64,000 bases of DNA from Octopus sinensis (GCF_006345805.1 NC_043023.1:20832001-20896000), one strand, 5' to 3'. Positions 1 to 12,940 are shown, counted from the first letter of the stretch. Notes: a model not told the origin generated them from the letters alone. Translations and numbers: made by a program.

Positions 1-174
1 CTGTTACTCTGAGTTTCCCGTTGCTGTTCATCGGACAGTTTTTTTTTTGCAACGGGAAACTCAGAGTAACAGGTTTTGTTGAATTTTCTGCTGCTTTAAA
101 TAAAGCATATTACTCTACCACTGGTATTTGAGTACTCTTTTTTCCACCTTGTTTCACATTTATGTATTTACTCC

Positions 175-222
<48 letters not shown>

Positions 223-805
223 TACACACACACACATACATATATATATACATATGCATATATATATACATATATATATATATATACATATACAGAGAGA
301 GAAAGAAAAAGGAGAGAGAGAGGGAGACAATGATAGGGGTCTCTCAATCACTTGGGAGGTCAATAACTTTGAATAACTCATTTGAAACCTTGAACTCTCC
401 TACAATCTATGCCAACGTGGGATGCGGAAGTAAAATGATGATGATGATGATGACGATGATGATATATATATATAATACAAAATGGGACAAGCACGCAAAA
501 CATCCGGACAACTAGGTGATACAAAAAGGGACAACAAAACATCCAGACAGACGTTACAAAAAAAAAAACAATGACGGGTCATTCAAAGCTTTTTATCCTC
601 AGTCAAGAACCGGATCATCCTCGCAATTTCGGCTGATTAATCTTGAGATTGGTCCAATCTGGCCAGCCACAAGGAAAAACTAAGCTAAAAGCATTAGATT
701 CCTTGGAAAAAAGCATCGAATGTATACAAAAACAAGGACGGAAAAACAGACGATGTTACACGAATATAAATACAAAATACAATTAAAAAACAATATATAT
801 ATATT

Positions 806-973
806 TAGGCGCAGGAGTGGCTGTGTGGTAAGTAGCTTGCTAACCAACCACATGGTTCCGGGTTCAGTCCCACTGCGTGGCATCTTGGGCAAGTGTCTTC
901 TGCTATAGCCCCGGGTCGACCAATGCCTTGTGAGTGGATTTGGTGGAACGGAAACTGAAAGAAGCCTGTCGTA

Positions 974-1006
<33 letters not shown>

Positions 1007-1266
1007 GATTGATTGATTCTAGTTTCAGCTCACGAGCTGTGGCCATGCTGGGGCGTGTGTATATGTTTGTGTTTCTGTGTCTGTCCCCCTAGCATTGACA
1101 ACCAATGCTGGTGTGTTTATGTCCCCGTCACTTCGCGGTTCGACGAAAGAGACCGATAGAATAAGTACTGGGCTTACAAAGAATAAGTCCCGGGGTCGAT
1201 TTGCTCGACTAAAGGCGGTGCTCCAGCATGGCCGCAGTCAAATGACTGAAACAAGTAAAAGAGTAA
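806..1266 (+). mobile_element. tRNA-derived SINE family A (central TA/TG microsatellite, (GTAAAAGA)n tail); representative of about 17 full or partial copies, e.g. 3315-3735, 10545-10930, 20140-20545, 21735-22620, 31105-31400, 35622-36040, 47780-48215, 48423-48820, 60075-60555, 62605-62995
   Basis: Repeated AGGCGCAGGAGTGGCTGTGTGGTAAG head, GGTTCAGTCCC B-box-like motif and shared 3' tail. Confidence 0.85.
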
Positions 1267-1433
1267 AGAATATATAATTATATATATATGTTAGTATGTG
1301 TGTGTTGTTCATGTTTCTTGTCTGTCTTTCTTTTTCTTTTCCCTCTTTTCCCATTTATGCATCTCCCTTACGTTTTGTCTGTGTGTCGGTCTCCTTTGAT
1401 TTATTTCAAATGTCGTTACTGTCTTCCCTTCAG

Positions 1434-1588
1434 ATAAACCAAACTGACTCAGATGGCAAAACCTGCCTCATGACTGCCTGTAAATGGGGCTACACAGACC
1501 TGATAAACTTATTGATAGATTCTGGAGCTCATCTGGACACGCGAGACAACATATATCGCCGCACAGCTTTGCATTATGCTGTCTCTGG
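1434..1588 (+). CDS. ANK-RING-death domain gene, visible exon 1 (ankyrin repeats; upstream exons outside window)
   Basis: Acceptor cttcccttcag, donor GG|gtaagt; INQTDSDGKTCLMTACKWGYTDLINLLIDSGAHLDTRDNIYRRTALHYAVSG fits the ankyrin consensus; phase 0 to 2. Confidence 0.9.
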
Positions 1589-1921
1589 GTAAGTTCAGAG
1601 TTCACTAAAATCTTCAGATCTCTTTTACTCTTTTACTCTTTTACATGTTTCAGTCATTTGACTGCGGCCATGCTGGAGCACCGCCTTTTAGTCGAGCAAA
1701 TCGACCCCGGGACTTATTCTTTTGTAAGCCCAGTACTTATTCTATCGGTCTCTTTTTGCCGAACCGCTAAGTGACGGGGGACGTAAACACACCAGCATCG
1801 GTTGTCAAGCAATTCTAGGGAGACAAACACAGACACACAAACACATACACGCACGCATATATATATATATCTATATAATATATATATACATATATATATA
1901 ATATATATACATATTATATAT

Positions 1922-1980
<59 letters not shown>

Positions 1981-2026
1981 GGAGCTTCTACAGGACTAGA
2001 ACTGTTTCATTCAAAAGAAATCATCA

Positions 2027-2079
2027 GAGCTTCCTGATGATTTCTTTTGAATGAAACAGTTCTAGTCCTGTAGAAGCTC
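2027..2079 (+). ncRNA. Type I hammerhead ribozyme motif, family H1
   Basis: GAGCTTC-CTGATGA-tTTC tttt GAAt-GAA-ACAG ttctagtc CTGT-A|GAAGCTC: 7-bp stem I, 4-bp stem III, predicted GUA cleavage after 2072. Confidence 0.8.
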
Positions 2080-3927
2080 CTTCTATATAATAAATTAATT
2101 TACTCTGCTATGTATTGAGTACCTTATTTACTGTGGTTAACCCCGACTCAACCCGGGACCTACATATATATATATATATATATATACATATATACGATGG
2201 GCTTCTTTCAGTTTCTAAGTGACAGGAACGTAAACAAACCAGCATCGGTTGTCAAGCAATGCTAGGGGTACAAACACAAACACACAAATATATACACATA
2301 CATATACATATATACGACAGGCTTCTATCAGTTTCCGTCTACCAAATCCACTCACAAGGCATTGGTCGGCGCGAGGCTATAGTAGAAGACACATGCCCAA
2401 GGTGCCACGCAGTGGGACTGAACCCGGAACCATGTGGTTGGCAGACAAGCTACTTACCACACAGCTACTCCTGCGCCTGTTTTGTTTCTAAATTTCTTCC
2501 AATTCCAGACAGCTTAAATATCCAAAGATGCCATAGTTGTGGCAGTGTGACCTGATGACAACATAGCAGTAGTCGAAGGTGGCGAGATGGCAGAAACATT
2601 AGCACACCGGGCGAAATGCTAAGCGATATTTCGTCTGCCGCTACGTTCTGAGTTCAAATTCCGCCGAGGTCGATTTTGCCTTTCATCCTTCCGGGGTAGA
2701 TTAAATAAGTAGCAGTTACGCACTGGGGTCGATGTAATCGACTTAATCCGTTTGTCCTTGTTTGTCCCCTCTGTGTTTAGCCCCTTGTGGGTAGTAAAGA
2801 AATAGGTATTTCATCCGAGGTCGACTTTGCCTTTCATCGTTTCGTGGTCGATTAAATAAGTACCAGTTACGCACTGGTGTCGAGGTAATCGACTTAATCC
2901 GTTTGTCTGTCCTTGTTTGTCCCCTCTGTGTTTAGCCCCTTGTGGGTAGTAAAAAAATAAGAAACGTTAGGACGCTAGGCGAAGCACTTAGCAGTATTTC
3001 GTCTGCTGCTACGTTCTGAGTTCAAATTCCACCGAGGTCGACTTTGCCTTTCATCCTTCCGGGGTCGATTAAATAAGTACCAGTTACGCACTGGGGGTCG
3101 ATATAATCGACTTAATCCGTTTGTCTGTTTTTGTTTGTCCCCTCTATATTTAGCCGCCTGTGACAATAAAGAAATAAATATACGACCAGGGCCGGCCTTA
3201 AGCCGATTGGACCAATTTCTCCCAATCGGGCCTCACGCCGAAGAGGGCCCCGTGCTTAGGAGGGCCACATTCTCTACTGTGATATTTCATAAAGGTGGTC
3301 TTTTAGAAAAATCTACAGCGCAGGAGTGGCTGTGTGGTAAGTAGCTTGTTTACCAACCACATGGTTCTGGGTTCAGTCCCACTGCATGGCACCTTGGGTA
3401 AGTGTCTTCTACTATAGCCTCGGGCCGACCAAAGCCTTATGTGTGGATTTGGTAGACGGAAACTGAAAGAAGCCCGTCATATATATGTATATGTATGTGT
3501 GCGTGTATGTTTGTGTGTCTGTGTTTGTGCCATCCAACATCGCTTGACAACCGATGCTGGTGTGTTTACGTCCCCGTCACTTAGCGGTTCGGCAAAAAGA
3601 GACCGATAGAATAAGTACTGGGCTTACAAAAGAATGAGTCCCGGGGTCGATTTGCTCGACTAAAAAAAGGCGGTGCTCCAGCATGGCCGTAGTCAAGTGA
3701 CTGAAACGAGTAAAAGAGTAAAGAGTAAAAGAGTATCATCATTCAAAAAAAAATAAATAAATAAATAAATAAATAAAAAAATAATGGAAGGAAAACCCAT
3801 ACTTTCCACACTTTAGCGACATAAGATATCAAAAGCCATTCATCCAACACTGAAGACATTTATTGCATTTTCAGAGTGTTTGGGTGAATCGTATCTATTA
3901 TATGTGTGCGCATGTTTGTATAATAAA

Positions 3928-4634
3928 CTAGCAGTATCGCCCGGCGTTGCTCGGGTTTGTAAGGGAAATAACTATATAAACATTTTTAGAGAGTTATAGC
4001 CAAAACATAGCAAAAAAAATGCATTAAAAATGAAAAAAAATGATGGTAATTTTTTTTAAAAATCGTTGACTCCATCGTAGACATTTTTAGAGAGTTACTT
4101 CCCTTATATAATAGCGAAAAAATGCATTAAAAATGGGAAAAAATGATGGTAATTTTTTTTAAAAATCGTTGACTCCATCGTAGACATTTTTAGAGAGTTA
4201 CTTCCCTTATATAATAGCGAAAAAATGCATTAAAAATGGGAAAAAATGATGGTAATTTTTTTTTAAATCGTTGACTCCATCGTAGACATTTTTAGAGAGT
4301 TACTTCCCTTATATAATAGCGAAAAAATGCATTAAAATGGAAAAAAATTTATGGTAATTTTTTTAAAATCGTTGACTCATCGTAGACATTTTTAGAGAGT
4401 TACTTCCCTTATATAATAGCGAAAAAATGCATTAAAATGGAAAAAAATTATGGTAATTTTTTTTTTAAATCGTAGACTCATCGTAGACGCGCGCTAATAC
4501 CCAGAAGAGCTCGATATCAATCACGACTATAAGATACCCGGTTTTGGTTACACTGCACCGCAAAATGTGGGAGTAGTTAGGAATCTAAATCATAGGAGAC
4601 AGACAGCACAGAACCTCACATTTATATATAAAGA
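3928..4634 (-). mobile_element. Non-autonomous Helitron with internal tandem repeats of about 120 bp
   Basis: On - strand A|TC...CCCGAGCAACGCCGGG hairpin-8 nt-CTAG|T, no TSD. Confidence 0.8.
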
Positions 4635-5005
4635 TATGTTTAATTTGGGGGAAACTTTTTATTTCAATAAAGGGTATTTTATATAAATATATATCATACA
4701 GCATGGAGTTTTGTCAGTGGAGAGGTCGCGGTTTCAAACGGACGGAAATATTTTGACACAAATTAAATTTGAATATTGAAGTGAATCTAACGGTTTTCTG
4801 TGTGTTTTTAAATGGCTTATAAACACCTTCCACGCTGCAATTATGTTTACACACACACACACTAGTAAATGCGCCCATCCTTTGGATGGTGAAATTTATT
4901 ATCAGTTTATATTAAATTAGCCAACAGTTAAAAGTCGTTTCAAATTGATAAGCGTAAAATGTTTAATTACCAATTTCTTTAAATAATAAATAAATGCGCC
5001 CTTTT

Positions 5006-5242
5006 AAAGCCTAGCCAGGCTCATGGGCCCGGTTTCCCGGTTTCTATGGCGTATGTGTTCCCCAGCAGGACGGGACACCATTCCATCGCAGCGTTACTCA
5101 TTTTTGCCAGCTGAGTGGACTGGAGCAACGTGAAATGAAGTGTTTTGCTCAAGAATACAACGCATCGCCCGGTCCAGGAATCGAAACCACAATCTTACGA
5201 TTATGATGCTGACACCCTAACCACTAAGCCACGCGCCTCCAC
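5006..5242 (-). mobile_element. tRNA-derived SINE family D
   Basis: Head GTGGAGGCGCGTGGCTTAGTGGTTAG..GTTTCGATTCC; central TTGAGCAAAACACTTCATTTCACGTTGCTCCAG shared with 57256-57590. Confidence 0.7.
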
Positions 5243-5285
5243 ACCAATTGCTTTGGCAGTTTATAAATGTGGTACTAAGAAAATT

Positions 5286-5673
5286 GTGGAGGCGCAATGG
5301 CCCAGTGGTTAGGGCAGCGGACTCGCGGTCGTAGGATCGCGGTTTCGATTCCCAGACCGGACATTGTGAGTGTTTATTGAGCGAAAACACCTAAAGCTCC
5401 ACGAGGCTCCGGCAGGGGATGGTGGTGATCCCTGCTGTACTCTTTCACCACAACTTTCTCTCACTCTTACTTCCTGTTTCTGTTGTACCTGTATTTCAAG
5501 GGACCGGCCTTGTCACTCTCTGTGTCACGCTGAATATCCCTGAGAACTACGTTAAGGGTGCACGTGTCTGTGGAGTGCTCAGCCACTTACACGTTAATTT
5601 CACGAGCAGGCTGTTCCGTTGATTCGGATCAACCGGAACCCTCGTCGTCGTAACCGACGGAGTGCTTCCATCC
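5286..5673 (+). mobile_element. tRNA-derived SINE family B, full length
   Basis: A box TGGCCCAGTGG, B box GTTTCGATTCC; TSD ACTAAGAAAATT (5274-5285, 5674-5685). Confidence 0.85.
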
Positions 5674-6019
5674 ACTAAGAAAATTAGATAATGACTAAAT
5701 TGTTTTGAACGCAAATTTGGCTGCTAGTAATAAATGAATGTCCTTGAAATGAGATCGCCATTGCAGTAGGCATTAGAGATCTTATATCTTACTTGAAGCA
5801 TTTTGTATCATGTCCTTATTTTTCTCGTAATATCCGACACAGCTTTTTTCAATGAAAGTCATAAAGAAAAGCAAACATTTTTGATGATTGCTGTGTAAGG
5901 GAGACAATCAATTTCTGACTTTTACGTACGGTGTAAGGGAGACAATCAATGTTCGCAAAGCGTACAACTAAAATATTGCTTTAGACATGACAGAGAGAGA
6001 GAGAGAGGAGAAATAGAAA

Positions 6020-6245
6020 GACAAAAAAAGACGTCAACAAGAAACTATGGCTCTACAACCAGCCAGGAACAGTCTTCGCTACATTTGCAGTACCTGCCAA
6101 AGGGAGTGTTTGTCCAGGATAGGACTACACAGTCACAGCAGGAAATGTATCAGGACATGAAATATAAAAGCCGGACTAGACTACTTCATGCGCAACTCCA
6201 TTGTCTCCCGAGACAAAAAGGATGCCAACAACAACAACAACAGAC
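6020..6245 (+). mobile_element. RTE-clade LINE 3' end
   Basis: Reads ...YICSTCQRECLSRIGLHSHSRKC*, then a short UTR and (CAA)n tail. Confidence 0.7.
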
Positions 6246-7162
6246 ATAGAACAGGACTGTCCCCCCATCAAAGGACCGCTAAAACGAGTTTGACCTAGGG
6301 TTAAACCTTTCGGCTTTAGAAGCCTCATTTCTCCATAACACCCCATAAAAGAAAAATCTAAATGGTGTAGAGCCATTTGCGAAACGTAAGTGATGTATTT
6401 GCCAAGTGTATACGAAATCGAATGAAAAATATCGATTTTACGTGAGATCAACAGACTATATAATATACATTCAACAATATTAAGGAATGGCCTTGATAGG
6501 CCATTCGACCCACTAGAAAGAGCAGCTAAACTCAAACCGCTAAATAGTTGTAATTCAGAAACCAAAGGAAAATAAAAACATTTACCCTTATTGTTGAATG
6601 TATATTATATAGTCTGTTGACTATTTTTTCTTTCTCACTGGACCGCTGGTGGCAAAAAACTTCTCTTGAATTTTTTTGCTACCCTGATATTGATTAATTA
6701 ATGATTTTTTGGCTAATTCTGAAGTTAAATCAGCAGTTTATATTTGCTGCTGAGAAGCTGGCGCGGTGACGGTAGATTTTGAAAATTTAGAATATATATT
6801 CTCGAGGCGTCGATGCTGTCGCCTCGTGGATATATATTTCCCTGGCTTCTTTGCTGACGAGACAGGCCAGTGGCAAATAGATTTAATTTAATTTAATTAA
6901 ATCGGTTTGCCAATATGTATGTCGAAACTATGCATAGTCCAAAGATGATAAGGGTAAATGTTTTTTTTTCCTTGATTTCTGATTACTACTACTATTTAGC
7001 GGTTTTGAGTTTAGCTGCTCTTTCTAGTGGGTCGAATGGCCTATCAAGGCCATTCCTTAATATTGTTGAATGTATATTATATAGTCTGTTGACTATTTTT
7101 TCTTTCTCACTGGACCGATGGTGACGAAAATTCTCTTGAATTTTTTGCTACCCTGATATTGA

Positions 7163-7203
<41 letters not shown>

Positions 7204-7625
7204 ATATATAATATAATATATGTGTGTGTGTGGTGTCTGTGTGTGTGTTTTGTGTCTGTCACCCCAACATCAGTTGACAACCGGTGTTTACGTCCCGTAA
7301 CTTAGCCGTTTGGCAAAAGATACCGATAAAAAAGCTTACAAAGAATAACTCTTGAGGTCGATTTGTCGACCAAAGGCGTTGCTGCTGTCAAATCACCTAG
7401 ACAAGTAAAAGAGTAAAAGAGGATATATATATATAACGGGAAGCTTTATGAAAATAGACAAAAGACGAAGGCAGGTGGAAACAAACGAACAATTGTATTA
7501 GTATGGCGCGCTCAGGAAATATAAATAAAACAAATATTATATATGTATATATACGTATATATGTATATATATGTATATAAATATATATATATATAATATT
7601 ATATATATTATATATATATTATATA

Positions 7626-7678
<53 letters not shown>

Positions 7679-7723
7679 TATAATAAATATATACATATAT
7701 AATATAATATGTACATATATATA

Positions 7724-8440
7724 GACATTGCCAGGATGGCGACAAAGTGCAGACGACTGGCTTGGTGGATCCTAAGAACATTCAGAACCAGAGATAAGGA
7801 AACCATGATGGTCCTCTGGTGGACATTCGTCCTCAGCCGCCTGGATTACTGCTCACAGCGATGGTCACCCACCAGTGTAAAATTAACAGCGGACTTTGAA
7901 GCAATCCAGAGAAGATTCACAAAGAAGATCGTCTCTTTGCAACAGCTCAGCTACTGGGAAAGGTTGAAACAGCTAAGACTCTACTCCCTGGAGAGAAGAC
8001 GGAGAGGTATGCAGTAATATATGTCTGGAAGATCCTGGAAGAATTGTGCCAAATTTTGGCATTGTAAGCTACACCAATGCTAGAACGGGACGACACTGCA
8101 TAGTGCCAAAGATCCCAGCAATGCCATCACGCTTCAGGACCAGCTTCTGCAACAGCCTGGGTTTCAAGGGCCCACAGCTTTTTAATATTCTCCCAAAGAG
8201 TCTGAAGAACTTGCACAAAGTAGATGTAGCGGTTTTTAAATCAAAGCTGGACCTCTTCCTGTCGAGAGTCCCAGATGAACCTACCTCATGGCAAGAGGTA
8301 CAAATGAGAGTAGCTATATCAAACTCCATTCTTCACCAAGTGCCACATATTAGACGAGGTTCTTCGCAATATCAGTGTAGCACAAAACGGCAGTGCATCA
8401 GCATGGCCGCAGCTCTGGGCTGAAGCCAGAGAAAAAAATG
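7724..8440 (+). mobile_element. CR1/L2-type LINE, 5'-truncated RT C-terminus with frameshift
   Basis: ORFs 7709-8017 and 8046-8423 (SRLDYCSQRWSP, LYSLERRR, FKSKLDLFL) and a 3' hairpin tail. Confidence 0.85.
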
Positions 8441-8448
8441 CACGTATA

Positions 8449-8497
<49 letters not shown>

Positions 8498-8750
8498 AAA
8501 AATTATATATAGAAATACAAAATGGGACAAGAACGCAAAACACACAAAGAGACGACACAAAAAACGGACGGGTCATTCGAAGCCTCTAATCTTCAGTCAG
8601 GAACCGGGTCATCCTAGCAATTTCAGCTGATTATACATATGTATATATGTATGTATTTTAAATGGCTTAATTTTTGACTTGGGAATAATTGTATATCTGA
8701 AGTAAACGTACCATGTCGATGTCTCTCACGTTTCTGTCTTTTACTTTCAG

Positions 8751-8913
8751 GCGTCAACTTCAAGCTGTGACGATCTTAAAATCCCGCGGGAGTGACGTGA
8801 ACGTGAAGGACAGATATGGTGACACTCCTCTCCATTTGGCAGCGTGGAGGGGGAAAGAATGCAAAGATATTGTGGCAACGTTATTACAGACAAAAGGAGA
8901 GAGTGTGCTTGAG
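8751..8913 (+). CDS. ANK-RING-DD gene exon 2 (ankyrin)
   Basis: ttactttcag acceptor, GAG|gttagt donor; RQLQAVTILKSRGSDVNVKDRYGDTPLHLAAWRGKECKDIVATLLQTKGESVLE; phase 2 to 0 matches neighbours. Confidence 0.9.
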
Positions 8914-8951
8914 GTTAGTCACGATATGTGTGTATATGTACGTGTGTATTC

Positions 8952-8983
<32 letters not shown>

Positions 8984-9151
8984 CCACTACTACATTTCTT
9001 CTCTCCTTGTTTTTTTCTGTGTTCCTTTCTGTAGAAGAGCGTAGGCTCGAAACGTAAAAGCCTTTTTCTATTCCTGAGCGTTTTATTAATACATCTGTTG
9101 TTTTGTACACCACCTGTCTTCGTCTTTTGTTTTTTTCGTAAACTCTCCCAA

Positions 9152-9196
<45 letters not shown>

Positions 9197-9220
9197 TATA
9201 TATAATATATATATATGCCT

Positions 9221-9251
<31 letters not shown>

Positions 9252-9337
9252 TATATATATATAGCCGTGATAGATCGTTAGCCACTACACATATTTTTTC
9301 TCTCTTTGTTTCTCTCCTTGTTTTTTTTTCTGTGTCC

Positions 9338-9372
9338 CTTTCTGAAGAGGGCGTAGGCTCGAAATATAAAAG
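9338..9372 (+). ncRNA. Minimal type I hammerhead motif, family H2
   Basis: CTTT-CTGAAGA-GGGC gtag GCTC-GAA-ATAT-A|AAAG; loopless palindromic stem III. Confidence 0.6.
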
Positions 9373-9459
9373 ACATTTTCTATTCCTGAGCGTTATACTA
9401 ATACAACTATTTGTTTTGTACATCACCTGTCTTCGTCTTTTGTTTTTTTCGTAAACTCT

Positions 9460-9497
<38 letters not shown>

Positions 9498-9707
9498 TAT
9501 ATATATATATACATATATATATAGTCGCCATGATAGATCGTTAGCTACTACACACATTTTTTCTCTCCTTGTTTTTTCTGTGTCTCTTTGCGTAGAAGAG
9601 TGTAGGCTCGAAACGTAAAAGACTTTTTTCTATTCCTGAGCGTTATACTAATACATCTGTTTGTTTTCTACACCACCTGTCTTCGTCTTTTGTTTTTTTC
9701 GTAATCT

Positions 9708-9744
<37 letters not shown>

Positions 9745-9772
9745 CAAAATAAACAACAAGAATGACTCCGGT

Positions 9773-9863
9773 AATTTGGTACAATCGTTTCTTACTGCAT
9801 CATTTTATTAAATGTTGTAAGTATTACAACAGATTTAAGATGCTGAGTACTCATCAGCCAATT
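9773..9863 (-). ncRNA. Type I hammerhead motif with long stem II, family H3
   Basis: Minus strand AATTGG-CTGATGA-gTACT..GCATC..TTAAA..TGTTGTAA/TTACAACA..TTTAA..GATGC AGTAa-GAAAC gatt GTA|CCAAATT; 10.1/11.1 is a G-A mismatch. Confidence 0.65.
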
Positions 9864-11013
9864 ATTGAGGTTTTCCATTAATACAAACATTTTCAAATCA
9901 AGTGGCAACATTATAGAGAAGGTAGATATATAGACAAAGATGTGGATTTAAATTTTAAGAACATATGAGGTAGTGAAGTCCTTCCATTGACTGACCAATA
10001 TATATATATATATATATATATAGTAGAAATATGTTACGAAAAGAAAATATAAAATACACGTGGAAATGTAAAGGTAAAATATGAAAAATCAACGAAAATG
10101 CACATTGCAAATAAAAAAGGCTATTTATAACAGGTAACGACAAATATATACATATATATATATATAATATATATATATATATATTACAGCGTACGTACAC
10201 CCTATTCTCTTATGTGTATGTAAACATCCTATATATATATAATATATAATATATATATATATATATATATAATGTGTGCATTATGTGGTCGATTGAGCTG
10301 AAAATATGCACACCCATGTTAAAAGTGCTGGCGAGTTTGCATGGCAACTATTTTTTCCTCAAATGAAAGGCATGACCTCTAGGACACTCATGTTATAAAA
10401 TGTGGCCCGAGTAGACCTGAATGAAATTGGGTTATATTAACCAAAATATGTATGTATATATATGTATATATTTGTCGTTTCCCGTTATAAACAGTCTTTT
10501 TTTTATTTGAAATGTGCATTTTCGTTGACTTTTCGTATATATATAGCGCAGGAGTGGTTGTGTGGTAAGTAGCTTGTTTACCAACCGCATGGTTCCGGGT
10601 TCAGTCTCACTGCGTGGCACATTGGGCAAGTGTCTTCTACTATAGCCTCGGGCCGACCAAAGCCTTGTGAGTGGATTTGGTAGACGGAAACTGAAAGAAG
10701 CCTGTCGTGTATATGTATATGTATGTGTGTGTTTGTCCCCCTAGCATTGCTTGACAACCGATGCTGGTGTGTTTACGTCCCCGTTACTTAGCGGTTCGGC
10801 AAAAGAGACTGATAGAATAAGTACTGCGCTTACAAACAATAAGTCCCGGGGTCGATTTGCTCGACTAAAGGCGATGCTCCAGCATGGCCGCAGTCAAATG
10901 ACTGAAACAAGTAAAAGAGAGAGTAAAGAGTATATATATACATATATATATATCTATATATATATATATATATATATATACTTTATTTTAAGCAGCAGAA
11001 AATTCAACAAAAT

Positions 11014-11051
11014 CTGTTACTCTGAGTTTCTCGTTGCCGTTCATCAGACAG
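11014..11051 (-). ncRNA. Hammerhead motif family H4, left arm of palindrome, unit 1
   Basis: Reverse complement of 11195-11232. Confidence 0.6.
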
Positions 11052-11194
11052 TTTTTGCTAGAATGGAACTGATATATCAATTCAATCTATACTCTTACAA
11101 ACGCTACACCTTTAAAAAGTCCATTTCTTTTTAAAGGTGTAGCGTTTGTAAGAGTATAGATTGAATTGATATATCAGTTCCATTCTAGCAAAAA

Positions 11195-11232
11195 CTGTCT
11201 GATGAACGGCAACGAGAAACTCAGAGTAACAG
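11195..11232 (+). ncRNA. Hammerhead motif family H4, unit 1
   Basis: CTGT-CTGATGA-a CG gcaa CG a-GAA-ACT cag AGT-A|ACAG; stems I and III pair; stem II is only 2 bp with a GNRA loop. Confidence 0.65.
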
Positions 11233-11334
11233 ATTTTGTTGAATTTTCTGCTGCTTAAAATAAAGCATATTACTCTACCACTGGTATTTGAGTACTCTTT
11301 TTTCCACCTTGTTTCACATTTATGTGTTTACTCC

Positions 11335-11381
<47 letters not shown>

Positions 11382-11635
11382 TTAATGAAATGGATAAATG
11401 AATTATCTTGTTACGGATTATTCAAAATTTTACCGATACCTGTGTGGCAAAAATCACACCAGAAAAGATACGGTTGAGGTTACGACCATGGGGTTTCGCC
11501 CCCGTGCTTTAGCGCGGATAATTGAAGTTTTATATTTCAGTGAAGGGAAGAAATGGAGCCGAACGAAGATTCTACAAAATTCCTTTTTATTATTTTCTAC
11601 ACATGTTTCAAAGGCTGCAAATTCCCAAACTCGGA

Positions 11636-11731
<96 letters not shown>

Positions 11732-11883
11732 ATATACATATATATATCATATATATATACATATATATATATATATTATATATATATATATACATATATA
11801 TATACATATATATATACATATCTATATATATATATATTACATATATATATTATATATATATATATACATATCTATATATATAC

Positions 11884-11955
<72 letters not shown>

Positions 11956-12022
11956 TACATATATATTATATATATATATATAATATATACTTTATTTTAA
12001 GCAGCAGAAAATTCAACAAAAT

Positions 12023-12060
12023 CTGTTACTCTGAGTTTCTCGTTGCCGTTCATCAGACAG
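12023..12060 (-). ncRNA. Hammerhead motif family H4, left arm, unit 2
   Basis: Identical to 11014-11051. Confidence 0.6.
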
Positions 12061-12203
12061 TTTTTGCTAGAATGGAACTGATATATCAATTCAATCTATA
12101 CTCTTACAAACGCTACACCTTTAAAAAGTCCATTTCTTTTTAAAGGTGTAGCGTTTGTAAGAGTACAGATTGAATTGATATATCAGTTCCATTCTAGCAA
12201 AAA

Positions 12204-12241
12204 CTGTCTGATGAACGGCAACGAGAAACTCAGAGTAACAG
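12204..12241 (+). ncRNA. Hammerhead motif family H4, unit 2
   Basis: Identical to 11195-11232. Confidence 0.62.
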
Positions 12242-12343
12242 ATTTTGTTGAATTTTCTGCTGCTTAAAATAAAGCATATTACTCTACCACTGGTATTTGA
12301 GTACTCTTTTTTCCACCTTGTTTCACATTTATGTGTTTACTCC

Positions 12344-12385
<42 letters not shown>

Positions 12386-12643
12386 ATATTTAATGAAATG
12401 GATAAATGAATTATCTTGTTACGGATTATTCAAAATTTTACCGATACCTGTGTGGCAAAAATCACACCAGAAAAGATACGGTTGAGGTTACGACCATGGG
12501 GTTTCGCCCCCGTGCTTTAGCGCGGATAATTGAAGTTTTATATTTCAGTGAAGGGAAGAAATGGAGCCGAACGAAGATTCTACAAAATTCCTTTTTATTA
12601 TTTTCTACACATGTTTCAAAGGCTGCAAATTCCCAAACTCGGA

Positions 12644-12751
<108 letters not shown>

Positions 12752-12761
12752 TATATACATA

Positions 12762-12807
<46 letters not shown>

Positions 12808-12867
12808 ACATATATATATACATATATATATATACTATATATATATATTAATATATATATATAATAA

Positions 12868-12899
<32 letters not shown>

Positions 12900-12940
12900 C
12901 ATATATATTATATATATATATATATAATATATATATATAC

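Noticed and set aside
565-610. Hammerhead-like CTGAGGA...GAATGACCCGTC on - strand (also 8565-8605)
   Set aside because: GAAU replaces GAAA, and I found no convincing stem I or stem II; at best a degenerate relative
3183-3295. CAGGGCCGGCC start resembling a hAT-type MITE end
   Set aside because: No matching opposite TIR or 8-bp TSD found
5286-5360. tRNA genes at SINE heads (also 57256-57325 and others)
   Set aside because: A and B boxes are present but there is no complete cloverleaf; they continue into SINE bodies with TSDs
6850-6880. Isolated CTGANGA heptamers (2554, 6855, 29018 on -, 37991)
   Set aside because: No correctly spaced GAAA, stem III or NUH
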